DNA of 64,000 nucleotides from Pseudomonadales bacterium (GTDB lineage Bacteria; Pseudomonadota; Gammaproteobacteria; Pseudomonadales; JANQJO01): NCBI GenBank assembly GCA_028281605.1, contig JANQJO010000114.1, positions 20,711 to 84,710 of the forward strand, read 5' to 3'. Shown piece by piece: positions 57,679 to 64,000 of this stretch (position 1 is its first letter; each line of letters starts with the position of its first letter). The notes under the pieces were generated by a model. It saw only the letters and a program-made list of their open reading frames with translations, ran no database searches and was not told where the DNA came from. The position numbers and the translations under genes were made by a program.

Positions 57679-60471
57679 TCATAAAGCTTCAATTTTCTCT
57701 ATTTGACTTAACAATTGCACACGACTTCGGTCTAATTTCACCAGTTTATCCTGCTCTTTTTGTACAACAGCCGGTGGCGCTTTCATTTTAAAATGACTAT
57801 TTTCCAATTTGGCCTTACATCTTGTATAATCTTGCTCAACTTTTACAAGTTCTTTTTGTAGCCTTTGTAACTCTTGCACTTTATCAATCACCCCAGACAT
57901 TGGAATGGCAACCTCTAGCTCGGCAACAAAAACAGTAGCAGCAGGCGGCAAAGGATCTTCTTTATCCCACCAAGAAATTTCAGACAACTTCGCTAAAGCC
58001 TGCCAATAAACCGAGAGTTTAGCAACACGCGCCCTATCCTGGTCAGTACCCGCTCGCAACAAAATAGGCAGTTTTTTACTGGGAGGCAAATTCATTTCAG
58101 CTCGAATCGTACGCACCGCAACCGTTACTTGTTTTAGCCAATACGTATCTTCAAATTCCGCTTCAAACATCTGATCAAGCTGATATTCAGGATAATGTGT
58201 CAACATAATGGTATTGACCTTAGAATCTACGTGTTTTGCTTGAAGCTTGTTGCTCACCAACTGCCACAAAGATTCTGTGATATAAGGCATCATAGGATGT
58301 GCCAATCGCAAAATACGCTCAGCCAAATTCAACAATTTATACTGAGTTGCATATTTTTTTCTTTGCTCAAGGACATGACTGTACAAAACAACTTTCGCCA
58401 ATTCCAAATACCAATCACAATACTCACTCCATATAAACTCATACAATGCTTGCGCGGCATGATCAAAGCGATAATGATCTAACGACTCTCTCACCGACAG
58501 CACAGTTTTTTGAAATTGAGTTTCTATCCATAAATCAATGCCATTATAATCTTGATCTTTAGGTGCAACAGTGCAATCTGCATTTTCAACATTCATTAAT
58601 ACAAAGCGAATGGCATTCCAAATTTTATTACAAAAATTTCTATAACCTTGCAAACGACTGATATCAAATTTAATGTCACGACCCGTTGAAGCCAAAGACA
58701 AAAAAGTAAAACGCAACGCATCTGTACCGTACTCAGCAATGCCTTCTGGAAAATGCTCACGTGTTTGTTTCTCAATAGCGCTGGCCAAATGCGGCTGCAT
58801 CATACCTTGAGTACGCTTCGTAATAAGCTCCTCTAAAGTAATACCATCAATAATATCCAAAGGGTCTAGCACATTACCCTTGGATTTTGACATTTTTTGG
58901 CCCTCGGCATCACGCACCAAACCATGTACATATACTGTTTTAAAGGGGGCTTGCTTTAACAACTTCAGGCTCATCATAATCATACGAGCCACCCAAAAAA
59001 AGATAATATCAAACCCTGTCACTAGCACTGAAGTCGGATGAAAAGCAGCAAGCTCCGGTGTTTGCTTAGGCCAACCTAATGTTGAAAAAGTCCACAAAGC
59101 TGAAGAAAACCAAGTATCTAACACGTCCTCATCTTGATACAACACTACCTGTGCTGAAAGTTGATATTTTTGCCGCACAGCTTGTTCACTTTCACCAACA
59201 TACACTTGCCCAGCCTCATCATACCAAGCAGGGATACGATGCCCCCACCACAATTGACGGCTGATACACCAGTCTTGAATATCACGCATCCAGGAAAAAT
59301 ACGTGTTTTCCCAATTTTTAGGCACAAACTCTATTTCACCGGATTCAACCGCTTCAATAGCAGGCTTTGCCAATGGCCCTGCTTTGACAAACCACTGCTC
59401 TGTCAAATACGGCTCAATCACCACACCTGAACGGTCTCCACGCGGCACTTTTAAAGTATGGGGTTCTATCTTTTCAAGCAAACCCAACGCTTTGAGATCT
59501 TCTACGATTTTATCTCTGGCTTTAAAACGATCCATCCCACGATAAGCTGCCGGCACGTGTTCGTTCAAACTGGCATTAATATCAAAAACATTGATCATTT
59601 CCAAATTATGACGCTGCCCAACAGCAAAATCATTAAAGTCATGCGCCGGTGTAATTTTGACACAGCCTGTTCCAAATTCTGGATCGACATACTCATCGGC
59701 AATAATAGGAATTTCACGGTCAGTCAAAGGCAGTTTGAGGGTCTTACCGATAAGATGTTGGTAACGCATATCTTGTGGATGCACAGCCACTGCCGTATCA
59801 CCCAACATGGTTTCAGGACGGGTCGTGGCAACAAGCAAATACTCCTTTGGGTCATCACCACTTAAAGGATAACGAAAATGCCAAAGGTGGCCTTGCTCCT
59901 CTTCAGAGAGCACCTCTAAATCCGAAATAGCCGTGTGTAATTTCGGATCCCAATTGACCAAACGCTTACCACGATAAATCAACCCTTCATCATACAACTG
60001 CACAAACACTTGGGTCACAGCCTTAGAAAGGCTTTCATCCATAGTAAACTTCTCTCGTGCCCAATCGACAGAAGCTCCCATACGTCGCAATTGTTCGGTA
60101 ATACGACCGCCCGACTGGGCCTTCCACTGCCACACTCGCTCGACAAAAGCTTCCCGACCCAAAGCCTGGCGTGTTGTGTGTTCCGCAGCGAGCTGTCTTT
60201 CTACAACCATCTGCGTAGCAATACCAGCATGATCAGTACCCACTTGCCACAAAGTATGATCTCCCTGCATTCTATGGTAACGGATCAGCACATCCATTAA
60301 TGTATCCTGAAAAGCATGGCCCATGTGCAGATTGCCTGTAACATTTGGGGGCGGAATCATAATACAATACGGTCGCGCGTTCTGCTTATTTTTTGGCTTA
60401 AAATAACCCTCTGCTTCCCAAATTTGATACCAATGCTGCTCAAGCGCTTTTGGATGGTAAGTCTTTTCCAT
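57679..60471 (-). CDS. valS: valyl-tRNA synthetase
   Basis: [13 protein letters not shown] (HIGH), KMSKSKGN (KMSKS), and a C-terminal coiled coil. Start moved to MEKTYHPK (ATG 60469-60471). Confidence 0.95.
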   Translation of the reverse strand: MEKTYHPKALEQHWYQIWEAEGYFKPKNKQNARPYCIMIPPPNVTGNLHMGHAFQDTLMDVLIRYHRMQGDHTLWQVGTDHAGIATQMVVERQLAAEHTTRQALGREAFVERVWQWKAQSGGRITEQLRRMGASVDWAREKFTMDESLSKAVTQVFVQLYDEGLIYRGKRLVNWDPKLHTAISDLEVLSEEEQGHLWHFRYPLSGDDPKEYLLVATTRPETMLGDTAVAVHPQDMRYQHLIGKTLKLPLTDREIPIIADEYVDPEFGTGCVKITPAHDFNDFAVGQRHNLEMINVFDINASLNEHVPAAYRGMDRFKARDKIVEDLKALGLLEKIEPHTLKVPRGDRSGVVIEPYLTEQWFVKAGPLAKPAIEAVESGEIEFVPKNWENTYFSWMRDIQDWCISRQLWWGHRIPAWYDEAGQVYVGESEQAVRQKYQLSAQVVLYQDEDVLDTWFSSALWTFSTLGWPKQTPELAAFHPTSVLVTGFDIIFFWVARMIMMSLKLLKQAPFKTVYVHGLVRDAEGQKMSKSKGNVLDPLDIIDGITLEELITKRTQGMMQPHLASAIEKQTREHFPEGIAEYGTDALRFTFLSLASTGRDIKFDISRLQGYRNFCNKIWNAIRFVLMNVENADCTVAPKDQDYNGIDLWIETQFQKTVLSVRESLDHYRFDHAAQALYEFIWSEYCDWYLELAKVVLYSHVLEQRKKYATQYKLLNLAERILRLAHPMMPYITESLWQLVSNKLQAKHVDSKVNTIMLTHYPEYQLDQMFEAEFEDTYWLKQVTVAVRTIRAEMNLPPSKKLPILLRAGTDQDRARVAKLSVYWQALAKLSEISWWDKEDPLPPAATVFVAELEVAIPMSGVIDKVQELQRLQKELVKVEQDYTRCKAKLENSHFKMKAPPAVVQKEQDKLVKLDRSRVQLLSQIEKIEAL

Positions 60472-61260
60472 AGTAACAATCGGTCTCATCAGTTAAGTTT
60501 GATTAAATAATACGCTATAAAAAATCTCAAGAGAAACAGCATAAATCGAAATAGATAGGGAGACAAGCTTAGCTTAAGCCATCATAAGGTCATTGCATCT
60601 TAAAATAGCTCGAAAAACTGAGAACAAAAATGAGCAATATTAGTGAATATAATGATGAGACAATTTTATTTATTGCACATTTAATAATCAGATCTACTGA
60701 ACAAATCAAGTAGAAAATGTAAAGTGAGTGTCAATAAAAACAACTATATGAAAATCAAAAGCACTTTTACTTATGATAGATTTCAATTATCACTCGGACA
60801 GACTCAATAAACTATGATTTCAACACGCCCTAAAAAAATGACCTGAAGATAATGTGCAAATGGGTAGATTAACTTTTTTGAATTGCCTAAGCCTTCAAAA
60901 AAAAGGCTTCACCATCAAAGCCCTCAAGCCTGCCTCAGCCAGCTGCACCCAGCAAGAAGGTATACTCAAAAATTTAGATGTCTTAGAATTATTAGCATCC
61001 GCCTCTTTACCTGTAACCAAAACCCCTGATTGGATAGGATATCGTATTTACATTCACACTTAAGTGAATCCATAAAAAAACACTTAAACACAAACACTCT
61101 AACGGCTCATTAACAACACCTCACCATTCAAATCTAACAATAAAATTTCCACAAACAAAAAATGTTTTTAGCGTATACCTTTCTTTATCCTCTTTATGTT
61201 TACACTTTTTATGCTACTATTTTCGAAGATTGAAAAAACATTTTATTTATTATTTAACGC

Positions 61261-61287
61261 TTTAAATAGACTGCCCGTCTATTTAAA
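61261..61287. promoter_or_regulatory. perfect 11-bp inverted repeat immediately upstream of the 515-aa ORF
   Basis: TTTAAATAGAC-tgccc-GTCTATTTAAA ends 15 nt before ATG 61303. Could be an operator or a translation-occluding hairpin. Confidence 0.35.
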
Positions 61288-61302
61288 TAGGATTTCCATA
61301 CA

Positions 61303-62850
61303 ATGCTGCAGCAATCCACCCGCCTTGGAAAAGAATATATAATAGTAAAGGACGATGACGCCATAGAACGTTTTTCTACAAACCCATTGGACCCAAGACC
61401 TATCAAGCTTTCAGACCTAAAACAACAAACATACTCTTGCTATGCAGATATGACTCTACACACTATAAGTACATCACTAAAAAGAATAGAAAAAGAAACA
61501 GCCTCAACCAAAGAAAAGCTTGAAATTTGCTATAAAACCCTAGATGCAATATTGATTCTACCAATGATTAGTATATTAGCCCACATACTCATTAACGCTC
61601 CACAAGATCAAACCATCAAAACCCTTACGCAGAACACCCTCCTAACAACGGCTGTCACCGCAACAATATTAGCTTTAATATTCTCCAGACTCATTGCAAA
61701 ACCAAACACCATAAAAATGCTTTGCTTAGACAGAAAAAACAAAGAGTCTCTCACCGACTTCATTAACAATAAAACAAAAACACTACTACTCATATTAGTG
61801 CGTCACTGTAAAAGCAAAAAATTCGAAAACAAGAAAACTTGCACCACAAAAAAAGCCATCACCACCTATATTGATGTCAATCTTAAAGAATCTAAAAAAT
61901 CATCAAAAAACTCACAAGTACTTAAAAATTTGCATCAAGCCTTTTGCAAACTGCAGAAACACCAGATCAAATTATTATTTGATGAAATATTTTTTCCCAA
62001 CATAGCCCAAAACCAAAGCGCTGAAGCCAGCAAACTGGAACAAGAAACCCTTCAACTAACAGAAAAACTACATCCTGGCCCAGACACACAACTAGACCAA
62101 GAAGAGTATACCCTCCTATTCAAAGCATTAATGATCTGCATGGTAGACACCACTTTAAACCAGTCAATTAATCCACAAAACATAAGCGACATATACCACA
62201 AACTTGAACACCCATACCATCAAAACCAACAGGTAAAGTGGGCACATAATACAACAGAGCTAAATTCTGAGTCATCTGTGGATTCAGCTGTCGGACTACA
62301 CCAACCAGTTACCAAAACTGTGGGCCCTAGTGATAATAAACATCTTCTAGAAGCAGCTCCAGCGATACAATCCCCCGCCCTCTCAACACTAGCCTCAAAA
62401 ACCGTTGCAAAAAAAACTCAAAAAGTTACAGCGTCTAAACAAGGAAAAGAGCAATTAAAACAAGACAAAAAAACAGGAAACACCCCACCCCCTGAAGCCC
62501 CTTCCTCAATTAGCATAGTGGATACGGATGAGGGGAAAGTGGTGCTTTCAAACTTACAAGCAAACTGCTGGAAAAAATTGGGGGTCACAAACATCATCAT
62601 CCCTCCTAAAATCACCAAACAACTCCAAGAATATGAACTTTACAATAAAACAATAAGTATTATCAAAAGTACAAACACGACCATAGGAAAATCAAGCTCA
62701 AAAGGGCAGCAATGTTTAAAAATTTACGCTGATCGTAGCAGATTTTTTTTGGCAATGAAATATTTAGGAATAGCATCCTCTTTTCGTTTACTCGCTCAGC
62801 TTGAAAAAAACAACCCTACCATAATTTTTGCACATCTTATTAAAAAATGA
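61303..62850 (+). CDS. orphan 515-aa protein with a paired-TM hairpin (effector/Inc-like)
   Basis: K/Q/T/N-rich. Two hydrophobic helices at aa ~83-130 (AILILPMISILAHILI ... LLTTAVTATILALIFSRLI). No signal peptide and no recognised domain. Confidence 0.45.
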   Translation: MLQQSTRLGKEYIIVKDDDAIERFSTNPLDPRPIKLSDLKQQTYSCYADMTLHTISTSLKRIEKETASTKEKLEICYKTLDAILILPMISILAHILINAPQDQTIKTLTQNTLLTTAVTATILALIFSRLIAKPNTIKMLCLDRKNKESLTDFINNKTKTLLLILVRHCKSKKFENKKTCTTKKAITTYIDVNLKESKKSSKNSQVLKNLHQAFCKLQKHQIKLLFDEIFFPNIAQNQSAEASKLEQETLQLTEKLHPGPDTQLDQEEYTLLFKALMICMVDTTLNQSINPQNISDIYHKLEHPYHQNQQVKWAHNTTELNSESSVDSAVGLHQPVTKTVGPSDNKHLLEAAPAIQSPALSTLASKTVAKKTQKVTASKQGKEQLKQDKKTGNTPPPEAPSSISIVDTDEGKVVLSNLQANCWKKLGVTNIIIPPKITKQLQEYELYNKTISIIKSTNTTIGKSSSKGQQCLKIYADRSRFFLAMKYLGIASSFRLLAQLEKNNPTIIFAHLIKK

Positions 62851-63042
62851 GTATTTTAACCTACTGAAGCCGCAAGCTTTTACTTATATCGTCTAAAAAC
62901 CAATTAGTAAAGTGTCTAATATGAAATGAAAATTGTAATAGTTGCTCTCAATAGTTGCTCTCAGCTTTGCTCCGCAAAGCCTCTCGCAACTCTTTTTTGC
63001 TTGAACTTGTTTTTTTGCCCTTTATGCTTGGCTTGGCTAGAG

Positions 63043-63885
63043 CTATTGACCTCGGGCAAGCCGGAAACCAACAAACGAGTACCGATTCTCAGGCCAGTTG
63101 CAGAAGCGATCAGCCGAACGCGCATACCGAGCGCCATCGGCCCAAGAACCACCACGCAACACCCGCGAGCGACCTTGCGAGGGGCCTACTGGATCAATCA
63201 CAGCTTCAGATCCGTATTCAGGCTTATACCAATCCTGGCACCATTCGTACACATTGCCATGCATTTCATGCAAACCCCATGCATTAGCCGGTAAACTCTT
63301 TACAGCCACTGTTTTCTCTCTATACAAACCTTGCTGATCCCCCATATAAGAATTAAAACCATAATAATTAACTTGATCCGGTGTAATATTTTCACCAAAG
63401 CTAAAAGGTAGATGATTATCTGCTCGACAAGCATATTCCCACTCAGCTTCAGACGGTAATCGTAATGCTAAACTTGGCAACTTATCATTTATACTGTTTA
63501 TAAAAGCCTCAACCTCTTCCCAACTGACAGTTTCTACAGGTAAGTCTTCTCCTTGAAATTTGCTAGGATTTTTACCTATAACAGCTTGCCATAATGCTTG
63601 CGTACAAGCCGTATCGGCAAGCCAATAGCCATGCGTTAAACTTACCAAATGCTGTGTTTCATTATCTTTTCTTTTATGTTCTGTCTCAGGCGAACCCATT
63701 AAAAAATGACCCGGCGGTATCCAACGAAATCTTTGTTCAACACCTTTGTATTCAAAAGCCATCCAGAAACCATATTTATCTTGGCCATAAGCACTGGCCC
63801 AAACAGGTGGGAAAGGTTCAGGCATGACTTTATAATTCGTGTAAAAGTTTTTACTGTCTTCTTTCTTTGTAGCAGTTACATCCAT
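63043..63885 (-). CDS. formylglycine-generating-enzyme (FGE-sulfatase/SUMF1) family protein
   Basis: FLMGSPETE, PVETVSWEEVEAFI, RLPSEAEWEYACRA, NAWGLHEMHGNVYEWCQDWY, VLRGGSWADGARYARSADR, VGFRLAR. Confidence 0.8.
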   Translation of the reverse strand: MDVTATKKEDSKNFYTNYKVMPEPFPPVWASAYGQDKYGFWMAFEYKGVEQRFRWIPPGHFLMGSPETEHKRKDNETQHLVSLTHGYWLADTACTQALWQAVIGKNPSKFQGEDLPVETVSWEEVEAFINSINDKLPSLALRLPSEAEWEYACRADNHLPFSFGENITPDQVNYYGFNSYMGDQQGLYREKTVAVKSLPANAWGLHEMHGNVYEWCQDWYKPEYGSEAVIDPVGPSQGRSRVLRGGSWADGARYARSADRFCNWPENRYSFVGFRLARGQ

Positions 63886-63911
63886 ACTTTCACTTCTCTT
63901 AAATACTGTTG

Positions 63912-64000
63912 TTACCTCTCTGTCGCCTGCTCCGCGACGGCGCCGGTCGAGGACTGTTCTGTTTCTGGCTGAACCGGCTGACTACCTGTATTTTGACCTC
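63912..64000 (-). CDS. possible 3' end of an upstream minus-strand ORF running off the window
   Basis: Open for 28 codons to the window edge (..GQNTGSQPVQPETEQSSTGAVAEQATER*). Locally GC-rich. Too short to evaluate. Confidence 0.2.
   Translation of the reverse strand, partial: GQNTGSQPVQPETEQSSTGAVAEQATER

Noticed and set aside
60854-61063. 69-aa plus-strand ORF in the valS upstream gap
   Set aside because: It has a GTG/ATG start without a convincing RBS and no recognisable motif. A hairpin (AAGCCTT-caaaaaaa-AAGGCTT) lies inside it. It is left unannotated.
62926-63337. Three overlapping plus-strand ORFs (122, 110 and 79 aa)
   Set aside because: They overlap the 3' half of the FGE-sulfatase gene on the opposite strand. 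That gene has clear family motifs, and the local GC-richness keeps spurious frames open.

Overview
AT-rich chromosome segment (GC judged by eye, not computed), probably from a flagellated gammaproteobacterium. It consists mostly of minus-strand housekeeping operons interrupted by several accessory islets. Core genes recognised from protein motifs: kdsB; hisG-murA-ibaG-mlaC; rodZ-pilW-rlmN-ndk; a Pseudomonas/Vibrio-style flagellar and chemotaxis block (flhA-flhF-fleN-fliA-cheY-cheZ-cheA-cheB-motA-motB-cheW-cheW-DUF2802-like); dusB-fis-purH-purD; eda-pgl; lnt-corC-ybeY-phoH; valS. No rRNA, tRNA, CRISPR array, transposase or integrase was seen. Accessory content follows. (1) A parDE-like toxin-antitoxin pair lies next to two large orphan plus-strand genes: one with a NOX/ferric-reductase-like architecture behind a Pro/Thr-rich disordered N-terminus, and one with degenerate C-terminal ankyrin repeats. 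(2) A three-gene exported haem operon sits between flhA and dusB: a cyclooxygenase/alpha-dioxygenase-type fatty-acid haem dioxygenase, a truncated catalase-related haemoprotein and a small GXWXG/DUF4334-like protein. This is my best candidate for an uncharacterised oxylipin-type pathway. (3) A ~2-kb islet sits exactly at the purD 3' end. It is bounded by 21-bp direct repeats that duplicate the purD terminus. It contains a multiply frameshifted toxin-like ORF and a two-gene cassette (His-Gly/Gly-Cys dyad protein plus small membrane protein) bracketed by its own 42-bp direct repeats. (4) A Calx-beta lipoprotein carries two CxxCH haem motifs and a Ser/Cys-rich tandem repeat, and a frameshifted lipoprotein gene lies next to it. 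(5) Also present are a PEP-CTERM protein, a rhombosortase-like rhomboid, an orphan 515-aa protein with a paired-TM hairpin, and an FGE-sulfatase-family protein at the window edge. All functional calls rest on motif recognition by eye. No database search was run.
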